Shown here: positions 39,438-53,799 of the stretch, piece after piece
How positions within the stretch are numbered: position 1 is the first letter of the stretch
Layout: the number at the start of each line of letters is the position of its first letter
Source: the human T2T-CHM13v2.0 reference genome, Homo sapiens
Assembly: GCF_009914755.1 (NCBI RefSeq)
Contig: NC_060928.1
DNA: 64,000 nucleotides
Strand: one strand, 5' to 3'
Translations under genes and position numbers: made by a program
The notes under the pieces: generated by a model
Seen by the model: the letters and a program-made list of their open reading frames with translations, nothing else
Database searches by the model: none
Told to the model about the DNA's origin: nothing

Positions 39438-39459
39438 AACAATTTCAAAAATAATTGTA

Positions 39460-39810
39460 CTTATTCATCAATGTGCATCAAATATGGATCATGTTAACAG
39501 GATCTGTGTTATGTAATAGAGAATGGGGTGGGGTTAGGGGTGAGAAAGACTCATTGAACTCATTAAGGTAACAATCTTTCCAAGATAGCCATTAAATCAT
39601 TGCCCAGATTGTTATTTAAATATAACTATGTTTAATGATATGATGAGAAGGGCACGACTTTATAATAGATGAAAAATGGATGGTTGAGTCTAGTCAGAGG
39701 AGGATTAGAAATCTTTCCTAGTGCAGCTTAAGTTCAGATTTTAAGGCTGATGAGCACTGGCTAGGTGAAATGAGAGAATAGCCTGTAGGTAGTGAAAACA
39801 ACACACGGAG
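39460..39810 (-). mobile_element. L2 3' fragment
   Basis: ttattcatcaa..; gaaatctttcctagtgcagcttaagttcagattttaaggctgatgag..gcctgtaggtagtgaaaacaacac. Confidence 0.5.
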
Positions 39811-40182
39811 ACAACACTAACCTTTAGATCGCAACTCCACAGGCTTTAGAGGTCCTTTCTGAAAATTGTCTGAATTCTTGGGACTACTGGGGGGACTACT
39901 GGGGGAACTACAGGGTCTCTCCAGTGGTGGTAGATATGGGCCCCTCTGTGAACCTCTTTTCTTGGAGTTCTCGCTGACCTTCTTGGTCATGGGTCAACTA
40001 GATGTCATAAGGAGCTCTGGATCTTTCTCCTATGGAAGACCCAGTGGTGTGTGGCTTCTCTAGTTTCCGGGAGGACAGCCTTGTGAGGAAATTATTTCTG
40101 TTGACCTGAACAGAATTTCTTTCACAGGATGTGTGGCAATAAGCAACAGAATGATGCTGACCAGCTGACATGAGGTACCTCA

Positions 40183-40557
<375 letters not shown>

Positions 40558-40916
40558 CTAGGTACAGCCCTATGTTCAGGAGGTAGCTAGCTGAATGAAT
40601 TGGAGGAATAAAAAACAAGTGGGGCTGTAACAGCAAATTAAAATGATTAATACTATATAAACATATTAGGGGTTGAAAAATATTTACATTCATCTATTAT
40701 TTTATTTTTTCTGGTGGACTAAATTAAAGTGTCCTTAAATTGATTCAAAGCTTACATGATTCTCACAATAAGTTAAATATAAAATTTTACATCTATAAAT
40801 GCTAAAATGGATGCCAAAATACCCACATTTGTTATTTAACACTGTAAAAAAAAAATCTTTATAATCTGGTAAAACTTTTTTAAAAATGTACTAAGTTTAA
40901 TTAAATGAAAAGATGT

Positions 40917-41478
40917 TGTAAAAGAAACATTGAAGCTTCTTTAAAATGACCAAGAAGGCCTTACTTATCCCCTCGGTGTGTGTAAACTTCAGACAGGCTC
41001 TTCACACTAGGCACGTTACCACCCTTTTCTTGGGGGATTTACTTTAGAAATCTTGTCATTGTAAATTCTTTTTGTCTTTCAGAAATATAAATCTCCTAGT
41101 TTTTTGCCAGTTTCACAGTCTAGGAATGTACTTTTCAAGGACATTTGAAATTTAAAAAAACAAAAATAATAGAGCCTCTATCTCGGTTTCTGTAGGAGAG
41201 TAGAGGCCTAATATCAGCAGGCACCTGGATTCAAGTTGTAAAACCACCTCCTGTCATGCAGATAATGAGAAAGTTTACTTTTGTATTGGGTAAAGCCAAT
41301 AAGCAAACACAGATGGCCAATGATCTCCCTTTCACACCAGCCTTTAAAATCTCTACTGTCTTTTGTTGAGTCAGAGTTGAGTTCAGAATCACTTCTGGCC
41401 TCTCTTTTTTGTTGCAATAGCCTTAAGTAAAGTTTCCCTTGCCTATTTAACATTATTCAGGGCAATATTCGCTTTGGA
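40917..41478 (+). mobile_element. ERV1-class solo LTR (MER31/MER67/LTR54-like; family uncertain)
   Basis: atttactttagaaatcttgtcattgtaaattc, ttgccagtttcacagtctaggaatgt, CCAAT boxes, gagttgagttcag, ttgcaatagccttaagtaaagtttcccttgcc (poly(A)-signal region). Confidence 0.6.
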
Positions 41479-44320
41479 AGAAAAGATGGCATTTTTTGAA
41501 CATTTTTTCAAGCCTTCAATATTGAAAGACCAATGACAATTTCAATCACCAATGAGTATATGATCATATTCCATTCATTCGGTTAATTTGGCATTCGCCT
41601 AGGAAACTTTCTTTTTTAATTTTGAAAATTAGTTCAAATTTCAAAAAATGAACATAGTTTATTACTTAATTTTTTATCCTGTTTTCTTATCTGTTTTCCA
41701 AAGAAGAGATAGATATATAAATGCATCCATAAATACACTGATAAATAGATAAGCAATCAATGCACTCTGCCGTTTGTATGAATGTCCATTGTCAAAGTGT
41801 CTGGGGCATAGTGTCTTTTATGGTATAAATTTTAAAGTGGTATTTTCCAGAAGTACGAATGGTGTTGATAATAAATACAAGGCCCCTACTGTCTTTTATT
41901 TTTACTTTTTGGTAGCATTTTCCTTTTCCAAAATCATTATCCCTTTATGAATTCATGATATGTTATTTACTGCTTCTAATTTTACATTTTTTGCAGACAT
42001 TGTTGTGAGTAGAACATGCATATATTTGGAAACAATGTGTGAAAACCAGTTGTCAGTTATAAGTTGACCTCAATTTAAGAGGCATATTATTTTTAACTTT
42101 AAAATTTCCTTGGTGCAATTCTATTTGTAAGGCTTGGACACTATGAGCATTTTTGTGTTTTGATAGCATGTGGCTTAAGATATGAGCGTTTTGTGTTCTT
42201 TCCCCTGATTTTTCAGGTTTTTAAATCTTATAATTGAGCATAGAATGTTAATAAAAATCAAACAACCTATCTTTACCTCTTTTTTCTTATTCCATAAAAT
42301 TATATGTCTTTTCATTACTCCTATCTCCATTCTTCTGCACCTGGATTTCCAAGAAAGAAATGGAAACTTTAGAGGGTTTTTGGGTAGACAAATATTAAAG
42401 TTAGTTTCCCAACATATAGACAATTTTATTTGCACATTAAGTAGGACATAACAAGTGGTGGGAATATAATTACATGTTGAGTCTCCTGAAGGCACTTATT
42501 TTTATATTTTAAAATTAATTTCTCAAATAGTGGCTATTACAAACATAATTTGGCCAACACAAATTATTTTCATAGAAAGTAATTATTGGCAAATTTTTAA
42601 AATTTAAAGATTATATGAAGTATAATTTTTCAACAAAGATTAAAAAGATGAAATACACATTTTCTTTAATTGGGTATTTATTTTTTCTTTTGAAATATTA
42701 AAATTAATATAAAACATTAAAATTTCTCTATTATCAAGTGTTGAGTTATATTTGCATAACATAAACTATTAGAACAATCTTTATATGCTCATGTATATGC
42801 TGCCAGAGATCATTAGCCGGGAATTTACTGCTGGGGTCAGCTGTTCTCAAGACTTTAAAGAGAAATTTATCCAAAGAACTCTGTTGTACATTTCTAAGAG
42901 AGCAGTAGAAATCATTTCATTTGGCTCTAGAGTAAATGTTGTTGTCCAGAACAAAAGAAAGACCAGATTACTGCAATGTCTGCTTTCAGGTAATAGAATC
43001 TCAACTGATTCTTCAGTGTCAGCTGCCATTATTTTACACCAGATTGCTCAAATTGCCATACGGTTGGCTTTTTTCATCTTAGACCCAGTTCCAACCTAAG
43101 GAGCCAAAGTGCAGGCAAATCAGTGTGAATCATCACTTTCAAAAGTAAAGGAAAACAATTGATACTTTTAAAATTTATTTTGTTTCACTATTTAAGAGTA
43201 TAAAATGTGGAAATATAGAGAACTGCCTTAAAAACATAAAAAGGTTGATTACTTGGTATGTTAAATAAGCTACATTTCTAGTCCTAGGATCTGATCATAC
43301 TTCATTCAACCTTTGAATATGTTTTCATTTTAACTATAATTTTATGAGCTAGTTTTCATCTTTGAAAAAAATTGACATACTTTCTTGATTATCCATTTTT
43401 AATTTGATAACATATAAATTATTATTTGAAAAATTACAGATACAATCTATTCACCTTAGCATTATATTGAAGTTGCCATTAATGGTACTAATCATGTAAC
43501 ATCATCAGTGGGAAGGGAAGACAATCAACCTTGTTGTTAAAATCTTCAATCTCAGAATTGTAAGAGATGTAAGAGACATCTGAATGGAAAACTTGATAGA
43601 GGAAGCTAGCAGTTCTAGTGGAAGTAACATTTTTTTAAACGCCCAAGTTAAAATTTATTTCTATTTAGAACCAGATTAGAAATCTGATGTATGGAAGGTA
43701 CTTTTACTTTTGTTAAACAATAGTCATGCATTTTTTGAAAGGATGAAACATTAAAAGATCCCAGATAAAATATTTAGATGATATATAACTTTTGTTCCGA
43801 CCATTTGGATGACCAACATATTTTCACCTACTCCATTATATCACATATTCAGAATTAACTGCATAGTATTTTAGTTTTCTCCATATTTGTGATGCAAATT
43901 TTGTTTTAATTTCTAAAATTAAAGCCAAGATTTATACATATCTTCAAGTCTTAAAAATGAGACATATACATTTAAAAGAGAAAGTCACATATTTTCCTTT
44001 ATATTGAGCATAACCCTTGCATTAACTGTATACATTTTTCGATAATCAGAGCCACACATATACACAAATCCAAGCAGGAAGATGAAACTTCACTGTTGGT
44101 AATCATCATAATGTCCTCTGTAAAATTTTTAAAAAGTTATATGAGCACTAATGCTGTTTTTTTTTCTTTAATTAGCTTTCAACTAATGATCATATTTTCA
44201 GGCGCTATGTTTGGTATTATACGACATTCAATCTGAAAGCATAGGCAAACACATAATAATTTATTGGTATTCTTTTATATGGAAAAGTAATATCAATTTT
44301 TCCATGTTTTACTGCCACCC

Positions 44321-44684
44321 TCATATTCTTTGGCTGTGTCCCCACCCAAATCTCATCTTGAATTATAACTCTCATAATTCCCATGTGTCATGGGAGGATC
44401 CTGGTGGGGGGTAATTGAATCATGGGGTCACGTCGTTCCTGTGCTGTGCTTGTGATAGTAAATAAGTCTCATGAGATCTGAGAGTTTTATAAAGTGGAGT
44501 TCCCCTACACAAGCTCTCTTGACTGCCGCCATGCAAAATGTGCCTTTGCTTCTTGTTTCTCTTCCACCATGATTGTGAGGCCTCCCGAGCCATGCTGAAC
44601 TGTGGGTCCATTAAACCTCTTTCCTTTATAAATTACCCAGTCTCAGTTATGTCTTTATAAGGAGTATGAGAATAGACTAAAACA
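44321..44684 (+). mobile_element. THE1 (THE1C-like) solo LTR
   Basis: tttggctgtgtccccacccaaatctcatcttgaatt..ataaattacccagtctc..gactaaaaca; perfect 5-bp TSD CACCC at 44316-44320 and 44685-44689. Confidence 0.95.
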
Positions 44685-45324
44685 CACCCTACATATACAC
44701 TGAAATGCAATTAGAGGACCATGGCAAGTACTCTTGAGTTTTATCTTACTGAAACATAAAAGGATACAATTCAATTGTTTGACATTCTTTAGTACCAAAT
44801 TTTTCTTTTCAGATATAGTAAAGAGAAATAAAAATAACTAATATTCTTTGCAATTCCAGTTACTTTAAATAAATTTCGCATTTATAATCTTTTATCAATT
44901 ACTTTCAAAGTTTCAACATTTGAGAGAAAATATTGGTTTTCTTTGTTTTAAATGGTAACATTTTATCTGTACTTGTAATAAAACATTAACATAAAAATAT
45001 GTAATATTCCAAATGATTTTAATTATTAAAAACATAGTTACCTATGATATATTATTTTATTTTTGTCATATATTTTGTTGTTTTAAGTAGAGACTGAATA
45101 GAATATTACTGTTTGACTTGACTCTGTATTTTGAAGCCATATGAGTCTACATGAGATTATCGAGCTCCATGATGTCAAACATAGATTAATAAGCAAAATC
45201 ATTTTACTAATAGAATAAGACAGGTGAAGAAACCAACCAAATATAGTATAATTAATGTGATCTTGTTTGTGTTTCTCAAAAACATTAGAATTTGCTCTCA
45301 ACATTTTTCACATATTAGCCATGC

Positions 45325-45388
45325 ATATATATATATATATATAATAAATATATATATATAATAAATATATATATACACACCCACACAC
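45325..45388. repeat. (TA)n/(CA)n microsatellite
   Basis: Direct inspection. Confidence 0.9.
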
Positions 45389-45954
45389 AGGTTAACTTTT
45401 TGATATGTAAAAGGCATTTAAATGAAAGTGTATTAATGACCAGCAATGTCTTGATTCCTTAGAATATGAGTTGCTTTCTAACTCATCTTTCTCCATGGTA
45501 ACTAAGCTAATTTTCCCAAGTAATGCTAGTATATTACCGCTATAAACAATGTGACTTCAGGATTGGGAAGGAGATCTGAGGCCACCCTCAGTCAACCACA
45601 TCCATTCTGTGTCCTGGAACATGACTCAGCTTGCCTCCTCAAGATCTCTTTGATTATGCAATACCCTGAAATGCCTTCCTCACTTACCAGAACTTCTGTA
45701 AATCCTTCCCTGATCTCTTAAACAAACAAATAACAAAGCCAATATATTTATTCTTTCTGAATTCTTAGAGCAGATGTTAACAATTATACATATTTGGAAT
45801 GTATTTACAACTAGAAGTGATAGTGCATATATTATTATACAATCACAGCTAAAATGTAAAGTCCTAAGGATGAGAAGAATGGGTTCTATTTCAACACCTA
45901 TGGAGCTATCCACTACTACTTATTACATAGTATTATCACAAGAAAAAGGTTGTT

Positions 45955-46242
<288 letters not shown>

Positions 46243-46529
46243 TCAGTCTAAAATTTCATTTTACAAATAATGAAATTAAGAACATAGTTATTAAGTGACT
46301 GACTCAAGACACATTACTAACGCAAAAATAATGAGCATTAGTATTATAACCAGAAAACTGGCTTTCACTACAGTTTTTTTTTTTGAAGTGCATTCCACTA
46401 ATTGATATTGTTTAATAGATATTATAGAATAAACCATTGGCTTTAATTAATTCAGAAGATCTCCTCATCTAATTTTTTGTTATATAATGTGAATATTTCT
46501 CAATGAGGTTGTTCTCTTTAAATTTGTTT

Positions 46530-46650
46530 TTTTATATTTTATTTATAAAATATATTTACATATTTATATATTATAATATATATTTAGATATAGATTTTAT
46601 AAAATATATAAAATATTGTATATTTTATATATTTTTCTATATATATATTT
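46530..46650. repeat. TA-rich low-complexity tract
   Basis: Direct inspection. Confidence 0.85.
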
Positions 46651-49179
46651 GCATTTAGACAGTTTTGGAACTTGTAGGACCAAATTAATAAAATTCACTT
46701 TTATTAACTTTTAGAATTACCTTGCCATTCTGAGAATAGAAAATTATTCAAGTATATTATTCTCTTGTTTTTCTTTTTATTTTTCATTTTAATTATTTAT
46801 TCTGCAATAAACCATTTTGATTTATGGCGTCAAATTAAATAATGCATGTTTTCCAAATATTAAAATACTTTTTGTAGTCATTGGCTCAGTATCTAGTTAT
46901 TGAATGATTAACCACTTTCTCCCCCATTTTAAAGACTCTTAATTTTTTTTCAATAAATCAATATGCTTTTGATTTTCAGAGTTATTCTATTCTGTTCCAG
47001 TGATCTTTACACCTAATATATTTCTATAATTAAAATTTAAAAATAAGGATACCTTACATTTTACTATAAGTTTAAAGTTACAGTATACTAGCATGAAGGT
47101 CACATATGTGAGTTTAAGAGATTCACAAATCTTAGAAATAAGTGGTGGTAAATCAGGAAATGTGAAAATTCTCCAACATACAGCTTCTTTAATCTTTCCA
47201 AGTAGAAAGGGTAGCTACTGAATTTAGAAATTTAACCTTAGAATTATAGGCAAATCTTCAGGTAGACAATTTATGATTCTGATAAATTTTTATGATAATT
47301 ATGTACGTAAGTGAATCTTTACATAAGTGACCCTCCTTACTAACTACTTTCTCCCTCTTCATCTCGCACTCCAAGTGAACAGGCAGAGGCTGTTAGAAAA
47401 ACTGGATCTAGTAATGGAAGGCAACTATTCCAGTTTTTCCATTAACCATGTGTTTTAACTTTCCTTCTAAGTGGTTAGGATCTCCACGGAAAAAGTTTTA
47501 CCCATCTGTACTCATATAAGTACTATCCTATAGTAATAATTCAGCTGTAGCTATTATTCAAAATCCTCACTTCAAATTTAATTCTTCTTAAAATAAATCA
47601 AGTCTGTTTTTCTATATTTGCCTTTTTCTGGAAGTCAAAGTCAATAGGTAACCATGTTTTTATAGCTGGCTGAAAGTTACACAAAAGACAATGCTTGTTC
47701 ATTTACAAAATCATTTTAAAATACTATTTGTGGACATAACCCTGTAGAAAATAATTTTTAAAATTCTATATTTATCAATGTTAACTTTGCCTTCCCCATA
47801 TTATAATAAAAATCTTGAACTTTCTCTGCTTTTCAAAACTGTTAAACCTGGGTCTCTTTAAATGTACATCCTTATAAAAAATTGCAAAAGCAATAAAAGA
47901 GATGCTACTTCTTTAATTTCTTACCATGTTCCTTGTTTAATTCTATATTCACTAACTCACTATGCTCTAAATCATAAAGCAATAGCAATATTGATTTTTA
48001 TTTCAAAAACGCTTTAAAACTCTGCATTAAATTGAAAATAAATATAGATTGATTTATTTACAAGGAAGATTATGTATTATATATTTCACATATATTCATT
48101 AATGTAATAATCAAACTAAATTTATATGTGAATTTCTAGTTGGGAACTTTTAAAGTCAAAATGGTTTTTGGACTTATCTAGACGTAATGACTACAATTTT
48201 AAAAAGTTAAGGTATGAACCTAAGTCGGTCTAGCTTCAAATTCACTAAACTTTACATTACACCATAGGGTTTTTAGCTTATGCCATTTTTCTCAGTTTAA
48301 AATTTTCTTAATTTTACCCATGGATTTTAGACATCAAATGGACTATCATTACCAGATAAATGATTAGAATTAAAATCAGAGGAAATCTGAATGAATAAGT
48401 ATGGCAAACACTGTCTATTTTTCATAGATATTCTGCCTTGATTTTGAGTAATTTGATTATGCAAACTTTGATATCAATTTTGGCATGATGATAAGTTACT
48501 GTTTTTCATTAAAACCTTTTTATGTGGTATAAGTAATAAGATTTTCAGCCCATGGTAGCAGTTGTCCTTGAAACCACTTATATGTAACTTTTGAATTTTA
48601 TTTTTCTAATGGCCTAGTCTTATTCACATAGAAAATATGAATTTTCTCTATCCTAAATTAGGATAAGCTTCTCTTTCAGTTAATCCTTAAAACAAAACTG
48701 TATTTAGAATGTTGGCCTAGAATTTTCTTTATAAACTTAACAGAAATTTTATTCAGATGTATACTGTCATAAGAGTGAATGTTTTATGTTGTATAAATAT
48801 TCTGTGTGTGAAATACTTCATAAAGTAGGTAACTAATGCCTTCTTTGTACATATATTACAAATGTATTTCAAAATTTAGAATCAAAACAGGAAAGAAAGG
48901 ATGAAATAAGAAGAGAGATTTTGTGTAAGAATCTTAAAACTCTGTGCTCATTTGTTTTCCCTCCACATCTTTGTTATTACTTTTAAACCAGTTTAAATAA
49001 TATGAAAAAATGCCTTGCTATATATTGTTTTGCTTTAAAAAGTTAATATTAAAAAATAAGAAAATAAAAATTAAGAAAACAAATCTTCATACTTTGTATG
49101 GTGTTTACCATTTCAAGAATTTGTCACTCCTTAATTTAGATACAGGTTTCCATCTGGTATTTTTCTTTTATTTGCAAGA

Positions 49180-49473
49180 CTTTATTTATTTTTTTATTTT
49201 TATTTTTCTATTTTTAACTTCTGCAGTTACATAGTAGGTGTATATATTTATGGGGTACATGAGATATTTTGATACAGGCATGTAATGTGAAATAAACACA
49301 TCATAGAGAATGGGGTATCCGTCCCTTCAAGTATTTGTCCTTTGAGTTACAAACAATTCAATTACACTTTTTAAAGTTATTTTAAAATGTACAATTAAGT
49401 AATTATCGACTATATTTACCCTGTTCTGCTATCAAGTAGTAGGTCTTATTCATTATTTCTATTTTTTTACCCA
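49180..49473 (-). mobile_element. L1MA1/2-like 3' end
   Basis: tacatagtaggtgtatatatttatggggtacatgagatattttgatacaggcatg..gagaatggggtatcc. Confidence 0.88.
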
Positions 49474-49484
49474 TTCTTTATTAT

Positions 49485-50450
49485 TTTTTCAGTGGAGATC
49501 TACTAGTAATGAATGATTTCAAATTTTGCATTTCTGAAAAAATATGTTTTAACTTTATGTTTGAAAAATATTTTTCTGGGTTAGGTACTTTTGTTTCAGT
49601 GTTTTACGATGTTGCTCCATTGTGTTAAAACTTGCGTTATTTCTGATGAGAAATCTGCTTTCTAAATATATAATGTGTCATTTTCTCTTTTTGATTTTTA
49701 AATTTTCTGTTTTCATGGTTTGTTGAAAGTATGATCATGATATGACATAGTGTCATTTTATCCATTTTTTTTTTGAATGGAGGATTCTGGGGTATTGGTG
49801 AGCTACTTGAAAATGTGAGTTTGTAGTTATCAAATTTGAGAAATGTTGGCTATTATATCTTAAATATCTCTTCTTTCCATTCTCTACTCATTTTTTGGGA
49901 AAACAATGTTATAGTGACTGGTTCCAATTATCCTGCAGTTCACTGATGTTTTGTTATTTTTAAATTTTTTTATCCCTTTTATTTGCATTGTTTCTATTTC
50001 TATGTCCTCAGGTTCACTTATCTATTTTTCTACAATGTCTAGTCTTCCATAAATCCCACCAGGTGGATTTTTTTCAGCCATTGTAATTATATTCTCCATA
50101 TTTTTATTTTATATCTTCTATGCTTCTACTTAATAAGTTCAATGATTCATCAAGCTTCTGAATATATATATTACAGTCATATATTTTAATACCTATGAAT
50201 ACTTTCATCTAAACAATTTCTTCAAATAGTTTTTATTGATCCACTTTTTATTATGAGGTGAATTTTTATTAGGTGATACTAATTGTAAATTTTACCTTGT
50301 TAGGTGCAAGACAGCTTTATGTGTGAAAAAATATTACATGTAAAATGCTGTTAAGTTCCTTGGAAAGTCAAATCTTATTAGGTCTTTATTTTTATGTTTT
50401 ATTAGGATAGACTGAATCTGTGTTTAAACAGTATATATCTTTATTATTTT
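49485..50450 (-). mobile_element. Ancient L1M(E) ORF1-region remnant
   Basis: gatctactagtaatgaat..ttgctccattgt..tttctgatgagaaatctgc; T-rich antisense L1 ORF1 pattern. Confidence 0.55.
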
Positions 50451-50630
50451 TCTTCAGGTATTTAGGAAAAAATACATAGTCTTTAAAAAAAGAACATTTT
50501 AATACATAATCTCTGGTTATGATTATTACTACCTGTTCATTACTCATTTGGACTCACTAGCTTATGTAAGCATTAGCATATTATTTTAAGACACAGACCC
50601 TTCAAATGTGGTTTTGCACACTGGTAAATG

Positions 50631-51383
50631 TTTTTTTTTTTAAATTTCATTTTCTTTTTTTGTTTTTTAATTTAACTTTGAAGTCCAAGGTTACACGTGC
50701 AGGGTTTGTTTTACACATCAACTCGTGTCATGGGGGTTTGTTGTACAGATTATCTCATCACAGAGGTATGAAGCCTAGTACTCATTAATTATTTTTCCAT
50801 ATCCTCTCCCTTCTCCCACCCTTCACCCTCCAATAAACCCCAATGTGTGTTGTTTCCCTCTGTATGCCCATGTGTTCTCATTATTTAGCTCCCTTATAAG
50901 TGAGAATATGCAGTATTTGGGTTTGTGTTCCTGTGCAAGTTTGCTAAGGATAATGACCTCCAGCTCCACCCATGTTCCTGCAAACAATATCATATCATAT
51001 ATTTTTATGGCTGCATAGTATTCCATGGTGTATATGTAGTACATTTTCTTTATCCAGTCTATCACTGATGGGCATTTGGGTTGGTTCCATGTCTTTTCCA
51101 TTGTGAACAGTGCTGCAATGAATATATGCATCCATGTGTCTTTATAATAGAATGATTTATATTCCCTTGGATATATACCCAGTAAAGGGGTTGCTGTGTC
51201 AAACAGTATTTTTGTTTCTAGGCCTTTGGAGAATCACCACATTGTCTTCCACAATGGTTGAATTAATTTACACTCCCACCAACAGTGTAAAAGTGTTCCT
51301 TTTCCTTTACAACCTTGCCAACATCTGTTATTTTTTGACTTTTTAATAATAGCCATTCTGAACTGGTGTGAGATAATTTCTTA
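50631..51383 (-). mobile_element. L1PA11-13-like 3' fragment
   Basis: ORF 50823-51131 FIAALFTMEKTWNQPKCPSVIDWIKKM..YTMEYYAAIK matches the ORF2 C-terminus; TSD ggtaaatg(t/c)ttt at 50623 and 51384. Confidence 0.92.
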
Positions 51384-52485
51384 GGTAAATGCTTTATACT
51401 GGAGCATTTAGTTTGAAGGGAAACCTGCCAATACACATCAAAATAAATAAATACATTGATATATTAATACATGTTTTAAAATCTATTCTAGGTAAGTGTA
51501 CTTGCATTAATACAGGAGTGTATATTCTAGGATGATAATTTAACATTATTTATAATAACAAAAAAGTAGAGACTCCCTAAATATCTGGAGAGTGGGAAAT
51601 AACAATTATAATCACAGTATAGATATACTGTGGAGTAATATGTAAGAGAAGATAATAAGCTAGCTAGAGAAATTAACAGATAGCCAATTGGCGGAAAGAG
51701 AAGCCTTGTAGAATTATAGGTATGTTATATTGCAATTTATGTTAAATATTTTTCTCAGGTATTTTTTGTAAAGATACACAGAACATAGATAATTACTTTA
51801 CTTTTTAAAGAACACTGGGATGTAAATAACACATTTTGAATGAGAGTTTGAATGATTTTGAACGAAAATATGCATTTCTGGTATGGTTAAATATTTTTAA
51901 AAGAACTTACAGAATCATATTCTGTATTTTAAGAATTAATCAAAATAATACATTTTTCTCTATAAACATATTCATAGGTTCACCCACAAAATGAGAAATG
52001 TGCTTAAGATTTGATTTTTTCAAGCATGTAACAGAGAATTTTACTATTTCTTTACTAGGCTGTCACCTAATCAGATCCACCTCATTTTTATTATTATTTA
52101 AAGATTCTGTTGATGGTTTTTTCCAAATATAAATTAAGCTAGCTATAATAATGAACTGGTTGTTCTAAATTTAATTGTTATATTTTGGTTATAATGTAGA
52201 TAGTTTAATTTTCTCATTTATCTAGTAACTAGAACTCTACTATCAGTACTTGTGTATTAGAGAAATTTGTATTTAACAAATATTAACAGTACTTGAAATG
52301 AAATGATATATACAAAATCTTTAAACTATAAACATGCAGGTAAAAGAATCCCTTAATTTTTTATGTTTCATTCTTAATTTGTTTATAAAATACATGGAAT
52401 AAATTAGGTTTATTAATTAATATGTCAAAGTCAGTGTTTGCACGTGTTCACATATCCTTTATTATTACTAAAGAACGGAAGTGTC

Positions 52486-52805
<320 letters not shown>

Positions 52806-53799
52806 TCAGGTTCCATACTGAGAATGAGAAAGGGGGTAATAAAAATGGAGTAGGATTTTAAACCAAAACAGCCTTTCACGATGATTTTGAGTATAAAATC
52901 AGATATTGAATTCACATTCAAATCCACCATTGAGTTTGTAGTTTATATTAACTAGTTGTGTCTTTCATCTAAAATTTTAAGATTAAACATTATAGCGATA
53001 ATACCAAACTATTCAATTGGTGCTTACTCTAGAGAGGCAAATAATAATGTCACTTTTAAAATAACACTTTGTTTGAAAAATTATGTTGAAATAAGTTGCA
53101 TCAAATTAGCTAGGAAATTTGAGGGTATACATAGCCTTAGACTTATTCGTAAGTGCAACATTACAGCACAAAATGTAGGGTACGTTCACGGTGGGCCAGA
53201 GTACCTGATGTTGGGCCAAGGAAGACAGATACATGGAATTTTCAAACATATTATTTTAAAACCAATATTTTAATTTAATTTTCTATTTCTAGGTAGAAGG
53301 TTGTTGTTCATAAACAATATTTCTTAATTTATAGAAAATAATTTTTCACAGTCTCTCTCTTTCCAGAGCTAGTGTAATTTAGCTATATATTGCTGAACGT
53401 GTGAGAAAAGGATGCAGTATAAGCAAAGGACAGAGCATAAGCTAATGTCAGGAATTGTAACATGTACACACAAAAGTAAAAATTTTTATTGTTTATGTAA
53501 TAAACATTTTTAATACCTGCGGCAGACTTGTGACTTTCCCCCTTAAGATACTTGTAAGATTTTGAAACTGAATGGGGCTGAATGTTTAAGAGCTAAGGTG
53601 GAATATTTTTATGAAAAAATTGGATTTTCCCCTGTTTTTCAGATACTTGCTTGAGAATCAGAAGCAAAGCAGAGATCGCTTTGGTCTACTCAAACGTCAA
53701 AGCATCCCCAACTTAGCTCATTACGGATGGAAGTGAAGAAAATAGGCCCTTTATGGAGAAAATAAACAATTGTCTAGAACTTCTATTATTTTTATGTAC

